A stretch of DNA of 64,000 bases from a virus (lineage: Duplodnaviria; Caudoviricetes), in the IMG/VR virus record IMGVR_UViG_3300030330_005258, positions 64,001-128,000 of that record; one strand, given 5' to 3'. Positions 27,932 to 37,747 of this stretch are shown here, piece by piece. A program made the translations under genes and the position numbers. The stretch's first letter is position 1. Each line of letters starts with the position of its first letter. The notes beneath the pieces were generated by a model. The model did not search any database. It had not been told where the DNA came from and saw nothing but the letters and a program-made list of their open reading frames with translations.

Positions 27932-30900
27932 AGATTTATTTGAACGTTCAAAAAATTATATTTCAGATACCGACCAGAGGGACGCGTTTTCTGATGCAGA
28001 ATCATCAAGAAACGTAGATGCAATTTCTGAAAAGCATAAGTCTTTTGAACCACAGGTAGATTATAGCGAGCCGCTATCTTTTGCCCGCTTTGGTTCTGCT
28101 GAGCTATACTATCAGGGCGCGTTTGATAGGATCAAAGATTTCTATCCGTATGATGGCTCAGATGCTGAATACAACGAGTTTTATAACAAATCGCTAGATA
28201 TTGAAAAATACATTTTCAATAACTTATATCCTCGGACCAATGGTTATGTTAACTTTTCAAGTTCGTCAATCTCGCTGAAAGGCGGACCGCACACAATCAG
28301 TTCTAATAAAACAAAGGGTCTTTTTAAGGATCCAGAATCTTCTCAGAGAGAGACAGCAAATGTTTATGATGAAGATATCTACACCACCGCCGGACTCCCA
28401 ACAGATTACGGAGAGGGAACAAGGGAATCAAACTTAAAGTGTGATTTTCAGACTGGTGTAACGATTGAGTTTTGGCTCAAAAATGATACACTAGATACAA
28501 ACACAAAACAAGCACTTTTTCACTTAACAAATTCCTCTGGCGGCGATGAGTTTACGTTATATTTATCAGGCACTTCGGGCTCTCCATTTTTTACGACGCT
28601 TAGCTCTTCGCACGTAGCAAGGTTTGGAGATGCTAGAATTGGCTCTACCCCCGACACAAGTTCTATTCAGCAATGGAACCATTATGCAATCTCTTTTAAA
28701 AACACAGGCAGCGGCACATCAACCAAATTTTATATTAATGGCGTCTTGGATCAGACCATTGTTCTTGGCAGCAGTGGCTTTAACCCGCTAACCCAAAAAG
28801 AGACTGTTGCCCACATCGCATCTGGTTCTCATGATGAAGGTCATCTCTTTTTCTCCGGCTCTATGGATGAGTTTCGTTTTTGGAAGACCGAGAGAACAGC
28901 ACAAGATATTGGTAGAAATTGGTTTGGGCAAGTGCGGGGCGGCTCAAATACAGACATTTCTAATACCACCCTTGGTGTCTATTATAAATTTAACGAGGGT
29001 ATAACAGGTGTCACAGCAACAGATAGCGTTGTTCTTGACTATTCTGGTCGTATTTCTAACGGAACTTTTAACGGATACACAGCTACATCTAGAAATACTG
29101 GGTCGGCTATTGTATCTGCTAGTGCTGCCACCACAGAGTACCTTGATCCAATTATCTATGGCACTCACCCATCGGTATCTAGTTTAAGAACTACTCTGAT
29201 CAACAGAGGTATCGATCACGACTCTCGAAACAATGCTGCTTTTGTTACCATGATGCCAAGTTGGATTCTTGAAGAACATGAGGAAATAGGCAATACTAAC
29301 TTTAAATATTTAAGCCACATAATAGGCTCTTATTTTGATAAGCTGTATCTTCAGATTGAAGCTGTATCGACCCTGAAGTCGCCAATCTATACCAGTTCGT
29401 CGTACAAGCCACTCCCATTTGCTAGTCATATGCCTGCTTCACTTGGGCTTGAAACGCCTGAAATCTTTGTTGATGCAAATGTTCTTGAAAAATTTATAAA
29501 CAAAAGTGAAACACAAGCATATGAAAATGATTTAAATGACGTAAAGAACTTGATCTATTTAAATCTTTACAACAACTTGACTTATCTTTTTAAGTCTAAG
29601 GGAACAGAAAAAGCAATAAGAAATGTTTTACGTGCTTTTAATATAGATGACAAACTTGTTAGATTTAACACTTATGCAAACAACTACACTTTTGAGCTTG
29701 AGAATAATCTAAAAAATACAATTGTAAGAAAATCATCTGCAAATTTCAACAAAGCTTCGCACCTTGGTGCCGTTGTTTACTCCTCCGGCTCGGCTACTAG
29801 CAGGCAGCTTGGGTACATCTCAGGCTCAGACGTTGACTCACACGAGTTAAGATATGGTTTAACTCACGAAGTTGATGTTATATTCCCCAAATTTATTAAA
29901 ATTATAGATACTTTTAGCAGAGATTTTACAAGAGTATCGCTGTTCGGTTTACATTCTGCTAGCGCAAACAGTCCGTCTACCACTGTATATGATCCAAGCT
30001 TTTATGTATACGCGCAGCGCGATGAAGCATACTCTAAAAATGTCAAGTTTGTATTAAGTTCCTCTTTGCTTTCCAGTGAAATATCAAGTAGCCTATATCA
30101 CGGCGTCTACGATGATGAAAACTGGAATCTCTCAGTCAGGATTAAGCCGGATGCCCTAGATCTTACTGGATCTGTTGACGGGGTGGCGGCTTCAAATTAT
30201 ACAATTGAGTTTGCTGGATATAATCAAAGGCTGGGTGAGATTAGAAACTTCTTTAAGGTTTCTGCTTCGGCAAATCAAGCTAACACGCAAAACTTATTAA
30301 AATCTCCAAAAAGGTCTTTCGTTGGCGCACACAGAACCAATGTCACCGGCGCTCTGGAATACAAGTCAGACACTTTAATAACAGCGACGAGATTTTGGAC
30401 ACAGTATCTTGACGACACTTCGCTACAGCAACACGCCTTTGATTTTGATAATTATGGTGTTGCTGACGCAAATCAACACTTGTCGCCTTTGGATCCTGAT
30501 AATAGCAAGACTCTGAACAGACACACGTTAGCATTGAACTATGAATTTAGAAACGTAACAGCTTCGGACGGCACTGGTGCCTTTACAGTAACTGACATTA
30601 GTTCTGGCTCTCTGGACGGTCTTGCAGGGCATTACGGCAAACTGGGCGAGATATCATCCTATCTATATCCCGGCGTAGGTTTTGGCTTCTCAGCAAATTC
30701 CTCAGATGTTGTGTTAAAGCAAGAAGTAAATTCGCACCAGTTCATAAATCCCGAACTAGCTATCGGCAGCAACCTCGTTCAAATAAGAACTGATGATGAT
30801 AAGTTATTTGATTCTGTTGATACAATTCCAAATTATCACTATATTCTTGAAAAGAGCATGTATAACGCAATTTCCGAAGAGATGCTTAATTTCTTTGCCG

Positions 30901-33900
30901 GCGTAAACGACTTTCATAATCTTATAGGACATCCAGTCCATCAATATAGAATGGAATATAAGGGCTTAAACAAGCTCAGAGAATCTTTTTTCCGCCGTGT
31001 AACGAGTGTTACAGAAGTCGAGAGATTCGTAGATTACTATAAGTGGTTTGACGACACCATGTCCCAAATAATAGGACAGCTTATACCTGCGTCGGCTGAT
31101 TACACGCCAGATATCTTAAACACTATCGAGTCCCATGCTCTGGAGCGCAACAAATACCAACATAAAATTCCCATGATGGCTTTCACCTCCTCCACGGAGG
31201 GGGTGGCTTTTGGTGCGGAAGAGCTTCGTTATGATTGGCAAAGAAACCATGCTCCTGTCGGCGGACTAGAAAAGCAAAATTCAAATTGGTGGAAAGAGCG
31301 CGCTGAACGACAAGGGACCATTAGTTCAGGTGATGCTAACGTAGACACCGCAAGAAGTCAAATTAGAAGAGTAGCAACAAATCAAACTAACGGTAGTGTT
31401 GGAAGAAGTTTCACAGATGACGGCACAAGATATACTCGTTCTAATTTCAAATATCGTACTCTATCGAAGGGCTTTGTTTTCGAGAAGAAAATATCAAGAG
31501 AAATCAAAGGTGGAACGAATTTTGAACATAACAAAGATATACACTTTGCTTATACCGCACTACATCCCGCTGGTCCAGTAACAACTGAAGATAATGTCTT
31601 TGTTCCACAAAACGTGCTGCTAGGATTTGTAGACGACTTGGTCGCCCTTCAAGATACAAGCGACCCACCAAAAATACCAAATGAAAAGATTAAAAGAAAT
31701 ATTTTGGTTTTGCATGGTCGTGATTACGAAGCTGGTGTCGGCTACAAGAATAGAAAATCTTCCTTCTCCTTCCCATTCAATATAATATCCTCTTCTGTTA
31801 CTACTGGGTACAACAAGTCAGTAGTAGAGCTTGTTACCGCTAGCATCGAAGTTACTAACCTACATAACGATGTATATGGTCCAGACATGGAGCGCCCCAT
31901 GCAAGGCATCTTTACAGAGCACGCTGTGGGCGGTCACCAATCGAGACACGTAAAGCTAAACACAGGTGGCGACAATTACCTCAACAGACCTGAAGCATGG
32001 AAGATTCTGCTCGGCGCCAACTGCAATAGTTTAACTGGAGCGATTGGTATGGTCGGCGCCGATTATCCATGGCCAGAGGCTAATGATGTTGGCGAAACCC
32101 CCTATCCGCTCACAGGCGCACAAAGAGCCACCTTCTTCCGTGATGAGCTAGCGAAGCGACCAGTCAACGTTCGCAACATTAGACATACAACTGGCTCTAC
32201 AATTCTTGGCAACTATAATGAAAATTACGATATAGTTCATTCTGTTGGTGGCTTTTCAAACCCAAGGGCGTTTATCGATGAACAGCCAACAATTCCTACA
32301 AAAGCAGTTGGTGCTGACGTGGTTCGAACCATGCTCGATTTTAATAGCAGAGAGCCGACCCGCTTCAAGTTTATTGACGACTATAGTGTAGGGTATCTAA
32401 CAGGCTCTGGCGGATATAGAAACAAAACAATTATTAAAAGCAGGTTCTCCGCTCCTGGCTCACGAGAGTCGCTCTCACTAGCATTCAGAGATATACGTTC
32501 TGCTGATTTTTCAGTCTACAATGAAACAAATAATAGAAACCTTTCAGTTCGCCGCCCGTTTCAGGGAGTCACTTCCTCGATTGTTTCTGAGACGACCGGA
32601 ATAAGGAATTTTGATCATACTGGTAGAGATTTCGGATTTACAAACTTGGCTGCCCGGCACGCAGGAAAGTTCTTCAGGGACAGCGTGTTTCAAAGTAATC
32701 CTGGCGCAGATGATGACGCATTTGATGAATTGCCCTCATTCCACAAGACACATAGAAATAATAAAATTACACCCATTGATAGAGATACTCCCTCAACTAT
32801 ACAGAAATTTGATAACCTAAACGTCCAGCACCAAATACCAAGGTCAGATAGACAATATTCTTGGTTCTCCTCTTCGATTGTCCACACTGATAATACAGAC
32901 CCAAGATACGCTGGTTTTATGCAAACAGATTCTGCAATCGCTCCGTACTATGAAGCTACTGGAACTCTGGTTCCTTTTTTCGACTATGTCTCGGGCTCTG
33001 CGACTGGGTTTAAAGGTTTTGGAATGAGTAAGAGGCAGGTTAATGTGTTCCAAAACACTACTAGATTGAATCTTTTGACTTTAGATAGAACTGGTTCAGA
33101 AATAAATACCCTTGGCGATGGAGATATCAGCGCCGACCTCTTCTTGCCGGGCTACCTTGATGAAGAGGCAGCCAGATTTAACGCGCTGCTGATTCGCCGT
33201 GGCGATTTGTACGGGTGGAACTGGCGCGCATTTAGACAGCAAGACCACCCAATCTTACGCCGAGAGCACCAAGAAAATCTATTAACAGCAGTCAAGAGTA
33301 GTGAAATAAAAGAATTCAGACTACCTCCTGTTTCTATGAGAGGGCGACCTGTTGTTGCTAATATGAATGTTAACGGCGAAAACATGTCCCTTAGAACAAC
33401 TCATAATAATGAGAAAATTTATTTTAATCAACGAGAATTGAATGATCTTACGTTCCCAAGTGACGATATAACTGTAACACCACTTGACGAACTATTTGAT
33501 GTTTCCCTCCAACGCGGAGCAACATTAAACTGGGTTCATTATTCTGAAGCTCTCTTCCCATCATCAAGAAACGAATTCTCAAGCGGATCACGGGCGAAGC
33601 TTGGTTACGATAACCAATTCTGGAGAGATTCAAATTCTGATAGAATTGTCACTGGGTTGAATTCATTTGGGGTTCAAAACGTAGTGCAAAGCAAATGGGT
33701 CATAGATGCTCAGGAAGATTTTCTTACCAGAACAGGCATCGTTACAGCAGATGCGTCTAGTCCTTTTGACAACCTAATTGTTGGAGGCAAGGCAGGCGAG
33801 CTACAAAATAATTATGTGTCAGTGGCGTCCGGCTCTTCCCATTTGTCAACTTTGAAAAAAAGCTTAAGAGCCGGTGCCCTTATGTCTCGCAAGCAAGAAC

Positions 33901-36788
33901 TTACCTCACCTAACTCCGTGGTTGCAAGATCCGGCTTTGCTAAGACTGGCAGCCTCGACAACACATTTGCAGATCAAGTACCCATCTTTGGTGGCGAGGC
34001 GCTTTGGGAAGCAGGCACCCACGCATCCATTAATGTTAGATCTGAAGATACATTTGTAACATCTAATCATCCTTCAGAACCTTGGTTTGACAAGTATGAC
34101 GACTTTATCGAAGAGTTACAGCTTGTGGCGAGAGATCACGCAATTGTTCCAGAATTTAGAATATCTGAGCACATTGATAGTTATGTTAAAGGGGGTCTAT
34201 TTAACAAAACTGCATTTGACACATTTGAAATACACCACACGGATATAAGCAGTTCACAACAAAATTTCTACAAAGATTACTCTAACTCTGATTTCTTACG
34301 AGAGTTTGCAAGCATTAAAGACAAGTCTGGACTAAACGCAAAAGAAATAATGCTTACCTGTAAAGCAGCCGTCCGTTTTAATCCGTATAAAGGCTTTTAT
34401 CCAGCACAAAGAACAATCGATTTGGTTTCTCAATTTAATTCTTCATTTTCCGAGGGATTTGCGTCCCTGATTAACGGGGAGCCAGTAACCGATGGTAATC
34501 TTATAGCATCAAACGACAAATCAAGAACGTTGCGACCTATGATACAGCCATTGTTCGCCCCCGGTATTTTGTATAATTCGATTAAATCAGGCATTGCCGT
34601 TGATTATCCAGTAATAACCACGCCGTTCAAAGTAAATTCTATAAATTATACTGGCTCTGCTTTTGGTGGACTCAAAGCAGAAAATTACATGCTATCTCCA
34701 ATAATTAGCACCAACGCGTTTGATCCACTAACGACTAGCCCCACTGCTTCAACAATTTGGGATTATAGAGTCCCATTTGAGACGATGATAGAGCCCGGCA
34801 AGTATATTGACAAAGTTCAATTTTTAGATTTTGAGCCACACGTATCTGCGTCACTAAACGCTACGGCTTCCATGGATGCGTCAGTGTCAGATGGCATCTA
34901 CGAACTTATGGCAAAAAACTTTTTTGGACAAACAGGCGATTTCTTCTTAAAAGATTCGTCCTACACAAAGCTTGAGTCTGATTTGATACAAGATGGGCTC
35001 AAATTTAAAAATGGTGATGTTTTTGCTGCAAGATTAAAAATTAGAAAATCTCACAATGGAAATAGATATTACAATCTTGAATCAGGATCAACGGGAGACA
35101 ATGAGAATTTTTCATTCCTTGGTGCCCAAGCCTTTTCTGGCTCCGGCGGTGACGCTGCATTTGAAAAAATAGATGGCTCTTTTCCAATTCCACAAGACCC
35201 CGCCCATAATCCAGATTTTAAAGAAACATTTACAATGTATTCTCGACCAACCGCTTTCGGGCCTTCAATCAGCGGGAGACAAACTGTTGCAAAAACAATA
35301 AAAGCAAACGAATTAGAAGCATTCAATAGTGGTACATTGGATTCTCTTGAAGGCTTCAACTGGGCTTATACGCCGCCATATTATCATGGTGAATCTTGGG
35401 TAGATTTTATTTTCCGCCCAGATTCTACGAAAACTTACACACTTGAAGACGTTCTTTCTGAAACAGAAGCTGTTTATTGGCGCGTAGATCCGGGACAAAA
35501 ATCGGGCTCGGTGGGACTGGCTCGCAATTTGAATCCAAAACTTATCCATTCTCAAATTGAGCTTGGTACCTCAATTAGTGTTGGACAAATAGCGCCGATT
35601 TATGGTGGCAATGCCATAAATAATAATGCGATGCAACTTAACTCTTGTTTAAACCTGTTTGGTGTTGAAAGAGTTCCCAAAAAGAGAAAAGACAAGTTTA
35701 ACAACACGATACTAAACGAAAACGACATAGCAGGTAAGCGTTGGGTTATACAACCCAAGTGGGAAACCCCAATGCTTAACTTTGCTAATGTCTCGGCAGA
35801 CAACAACAACATAACTTACCCCACCACATTCTCTGAATCAGTTCCAAGAGGAATTTGGCACCAGTTTGGAGAAATCCCAACCGACGCCAGCACGGGGGTG
35901 TTCTTAGAAATAGGAGACATTCCAAACGATTGGCTAAAATTTCACTATGATGTGATTAGTGAAGACTCCGTATACAACAATCATAATGCTTACGACAGCG
36001 GCTCTTCAGCCTACCTTGATTATCAGTCTCTAACAGACCTATTTGGTTTCCAGCGCTCGCAGAAAAAGGACAGTGCCAAAGTTCGTCTTGGTGAAATTGC
36101 CGATAAGAGAGAAGTATATGAAGCGGTTGTTGCAATACCTTATATTCTTGAGGCAAACGAAGATTTTGCAAATGTAAAATCTGATGATGATAAAATTCGT
36201 AAGAAGTTTATTAATATTCCTCGTCCACGATTTACTTCTGCATTAAAAAAACGTGAAGGCTCCCAAGACGGTGATTCTTTGATGGTTGCAGGCGAGAGTA
36301 TTAGAAAGATGGTTCAAAAGATGAAGCGTTATGTCTTGCCCCCACAATTTGACTTTATTAACTTTGAAGAAATCGATCCGATTGTTATGTATTTCTTTGA
36401 ATTCAAGTATGAGTTTGATAAAGACGACCTGTCTTATATCTGGCAGAATCTCGCCCCGAGAGACTACAAAAAAATTACACTTCAAGAAGCCAAAGTATCA
36501 CACAATCTAATGAATAATGAATTGCTCGATCAGCAGAATTTAATAGATAATCCTAATTTGCGATGGATGGTGTTCAAAGTTAAACAAAAGGCAAATAAAG
36601 ATTATTACGATCTTGTCTTACCACAGATCAAATCTGCTAGACCAATTACGACTCTTGACAAACTTGAAACTGATAAGGACGATGAGTACCTACGGTTCAA
36701 TTGGCCGTATGATTACCTTTCCTTTGTTGAACTAGTTAAGCTTGAAGCTGATGTTTTGTACAAGGCTGAAGATGAAGAATCGCAATGA
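27921..36788 (+). CDS. Giant baseplate/tail protein (2955 aa) with LamG/ConA-like domain and gp7-like wedge motif
   Basis: TIEFWLK...WNHYAISF...FYING...FSGSMDEFRFWK (LamG-like); LFKSKGTEKAIRNVLRAF. Confidence 0.75.
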   Translation: MSTRDLFERSKNYISDTDQRDAFSDAESSRNVDAISEKHKSFEPQVDYSEPLSFARFGSAELYYQGAFDRIKDFYPYDGSDAEYNEFYNKSLDIEKYIFNNLYPRTNGYVNFSSSSISLKGGPHTISSNKTKGLFKDPESSQRETANVYDEDIYTTAGLPTDYGEGTRESNLKCDFQTGVTIEFWLKNDTLDTNTKQALFHLTNSSGGDEFTLYLSGTSGSPFFTTLSSSHVARFGDARIGSTPDTSSIQQWNHYAISFKNTGSGTSTKFYINGVLDQTIVLGSSGFNPLTQKETVAHIASGSHDEGHLFFSGSMDEFRFWKTERTAQDIGRNWFGQVRGGSNTDISNTTLGVYYKFNEGITGVTATDSVVLDYSGRISNGTFNGYTATSRNTGSAIVSASAATTEYLDPIIYGTHPSVSSLRTTLINRGIDHDSRNNAAFVTMMPSWILEEHEEIGNTNFKYLSHIIGSYFDKLYLQIEAVSTLKSPIYTSSSYKPLPFASHMPASLGLETPEIFVDANVLEKFINKSETQAYENDLNDVKNLIYLNLYNNLTYLFKSKGTEKAIRNVLRAFNIDDKLVRFNTYANNYTFELENNLKNTIVRKSSANFNKASHLGAVVYSSGSATSRQLGYISGSDVDSHELRYGLTHEVDVIFPKFIKIIDTFSRDFTRVSLFGLHSASANSPSTTVYDPSFYVYAQRDEAYSKNVKFVLSSSLLSSEISSSLYHGVYDDENWNLSVRIKPDALDLTGSVDGVAASNYTIEFAGYNQRLGEIRNFFKVSASANQANTQNLLKSPKRSFVGAHRTNVTGALEYKSDTLITATRFWTQYLDDTSLQQHAFDFDNYGVADANQHLSPLDPDNSKTLNRHTLALNYEFRNVTASDGTGAFTVTDISSGSLDGLAGHYGKLGEISSYLYPGVGFGFSANSSDVVLKQEVNSHQFINPELAIGSNLVQIRTDDDKLFDSVDTIPNYHYILEKSMYNAISEEMLNFFAGVNDFHNLIGHPVHQYRMEYKGLNKLRESFFRRVTSVTEVERFVDYYKWFDDTMSQIIGQLIPASADYTPDILNTIESHALERNKYQHKIPMMAFTSSTEGVAFGAEELRYDWQRNHAPVGGLEKQNSNWWKERAERQGTISSGDANVDTARSQIRRVATNQTNGSVGRSFTDDGTRYTRSNFKYRTLSKGFVFEKKISREIKGGTNFEHNKDIHFAYTALHPAGPVTTEDNVFVPQNVLLGFVDDLVALQDTSDPPKIPNEKIKRNILVLHGRDYEAGVGYKNRKSSFSFPFNIISSSVTTGYNKSVVELVTASIEVTNLHNDVYGPDMERPMQGIFTEHAVGGHQSRHVKLNTGGDNYLNRPEAWKILLGANCNSLTGAIGMVGADYPWPEANDVGETPYPLTGAQRATFFRDELAKRPVNVRNIRHTTGSTILGNYNENYDIVHSVGGFSNPRAFIDEQPTIPTKAVGADVVRTMLDFNSREPTRFKFIDDYSVGYLTGSGGYRNKTIIKSRFSAPGSRESLSLAFRDIRSADFSVYNETNNRNLSVRRPFQGVTSSIVSETTGIRNFDHTGRDFGFTNLAARHAGKFFRDSVFQSNPGADDDAFDELPSFHKTHRNNKITPIDRDTPSTIQKFDNLNVQHQIPRSDRQYSWFSSSIVHTDNTDPRYAGFMQTDSAIAPYYEATGTLVPFFDYVSGSATGFKGFGMSKRQVNVFQNTTRLNLLTLDRTGSEINTLGDGDISADLFLPGYLDEEAARFNALLIRRGDLYGWNWRAFRQQDHPILRREHQENLLTAVKSSEIKEFRLPPVSMRGRPVVANMNVNGENMSLRTTHNNEKIYFNQRELNDLTFPSDDITVTPLDELFDVSLQRGATLNWVHYSEALFPSSRNEFSSGSRAKLGYDNQFWRDSNSDRIVTGLNSFGVQNVVQSKWVIDAQEDFLTRTGIVTADASSPFDNLIVGGKAGELQNNYVSVASGSSHLSTLKKSLRAGALMSRKQELTSPNSVVARSGFAKTGSLDNTFADQVPIFGGEALWEAGTHASINVRSEDTFVTSNHPSEPWFDKYDDFIEELQLVARDHAIVPEFRISEHIDSYVKGGLFNKTAFDTFEIHHTDISSSQQNFYKDYSNSDFLREFASIKDKSGLNAKEIMLTCKAAVRFNPYKGFYPAQRTIDLVSQFNSSFSEGFASLINGEPVTDGNLIASNDKSRTLRPMIQPLFAPGILYNSIKSGIAVDYPVITTPFKVNSINYTGSAFGGLKAENYMLSPIISTNAFDPLTTSPTASTIWDYRVPFETMIEPGKYIDKVQFLDFEPHVSASLNATASMDASVSDGIYELMAKNFFGQTGDFFLKDSSYTKLESDLIQDGLKFKNGDVFAARLKIRKSHNGNRYYNLESGSTGDNENFSFLGAQAFSGSGGDAAFEKIDGSFPIPQDPAHNPDFKETFTMYSRPTAFGPSISGRQTVAKTIKANELEAFNSGTLDSLEGFNWAYTPPYYHGESWVDFIFRPDSTKTYTLEDVLSETEAVYWRVDPGQKSGSVGLARNLNPKLIHSQIELGTSISVGQIAPIYGGNAINNNAMQLNSCLNLFGVERVPKKRKDKFNNTILNENDIAGKRWVIQPKWETPMLNFANVSADNNNITYPTTFSESVPRGIWHQFGEIPTDASTGVFLEIGDIPNDWLKFHYDVISEDSVYNNHNAYDSGSSAYLDYQSLTDLFGFQRSQKKDSAKVRLGEIADKREVYEAVVAIPYILEANEDFANVKSDDDKIRKKFINIPRPRFTSALKKREGSQDGDSLMVAGESIRKMVQKMKRYVLPPQFDFINFEEIDPIVMYFFEFKYEFDKDDLSYIWQNLAPRDYKKITLQEAKVSHNLMNNELLDQQNLIDNPNLRWMVFKVKQKANKDYYDLVLPQIKSARPITTLDKLETDKDDEYLRFNWPYDYLSFVELVKLEADVLYKAEDEESQ

Positions 36789-37747
36789 AGTTTTTAAATA
36801 AAAAAGAGCAGGTTTTTGATATACAACTAACCCCTTACGGGAAGCACAAATTATCTGCTGGCGATTTGAACCCAACATATTATGCATTTTTTGATGATAA
36901 TATCATATATGATATTGAATATGCAGAGGGTTCTGAGATTCAAAACGATACCCATAAGCGTATCAAGCAGGAGACTCAGTACCTTGAAAGCCAAACTCTC
37001 TTTCGTCAAGTTTTAAGTGGTGCCGTGGCTAAAGGCGGGCTGTTGCAAGAAACAATTTACGAGCAAGAACAAAACCTCCTTACGTCAGATGGATTTATAG
37101 GTGATGCTAGGCTTCTTGCCGAATCCTCCAATGTTGCCCCAGCCTGGAAGTTCATTACAATGCAGAATACAATTGGCTCTACAACACTTGAAGATGCAAA
37201 AAATAATTCAAAAGTGCCACAAATAAATTTGACAGCCTCGTATATCTTACGCTCTATAGAGCCTCAAGATTTAAATTTGAGAGAAGAAAATGTCAGACAA
37301 ATCAATTCACGTACTTCGACATTCTCGGACGGCAGATTAATCGAACTACAAATGGACGACCCGCTTTTTTACATTGAAGAACTTAACACTGAATTGTTGA
37401 TTGAAAATTTTGACATTGAAGTGTTCCAAATGATAAGAGGAGATGTTGAAGACGATTTTAGGCAATTGTTTTTTCAATCAAAATTTCCACAAGTTGTAAA
37501 TGGCATGTTAGTGTCAGAACAACCAATTGTGAGCAACGAAACTCTTACCACGGGGTCAGTTGAGTACTATTTCTCAATAGCAACAGATGCGGAGGTAGAT
37601 CCAAAAGTGGCGTGCAAATATGTTGATCAGTTTAATTCAGAAAACTATTTAATAGACCTAGATTTTGAATGTTCAGATGCAGACGGAGAGGATGTGTATT
37701 TCGATATTTATGGTAGAGTCACGGAGTCCGAGATATGTCCCGATTAA
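36785..37747 (+). CDS. Virion structural protein (N-terminus shared with 44729..45736)
   Basis: MKFLNKKEQVFDIQLTPYGK..L..G...YYAFFDD.I.YD. Confidence 0.65.
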   Translation: MKFLNKKEQVFDIQLTPYGKHKLSAGDLNPTYYAFFDDNIIYDIEYAEGSEIQNDTHKRIKQETQYLESQTLFRQVLSGAVAKGGLLQETIYEQEQNLLTSDGFIGDARLLAESSNVAPAWKFITMQNTIGSTTLEDAKNNSKVPQINLTASYILRSIEPQDLNLREENVRQINSRTSTFSDGRLIELQMDDPLFYIEELNTELLIENFDIEVFQMIRGDVEDDFRQLFFQSKFPQVVNGMLVSEQPIVSNETLTTGSVEYYFSIATDAEVDPKVACKYVDQFNSENYLIDLDFECSDADGEDVYFDIYGRVTESEICPD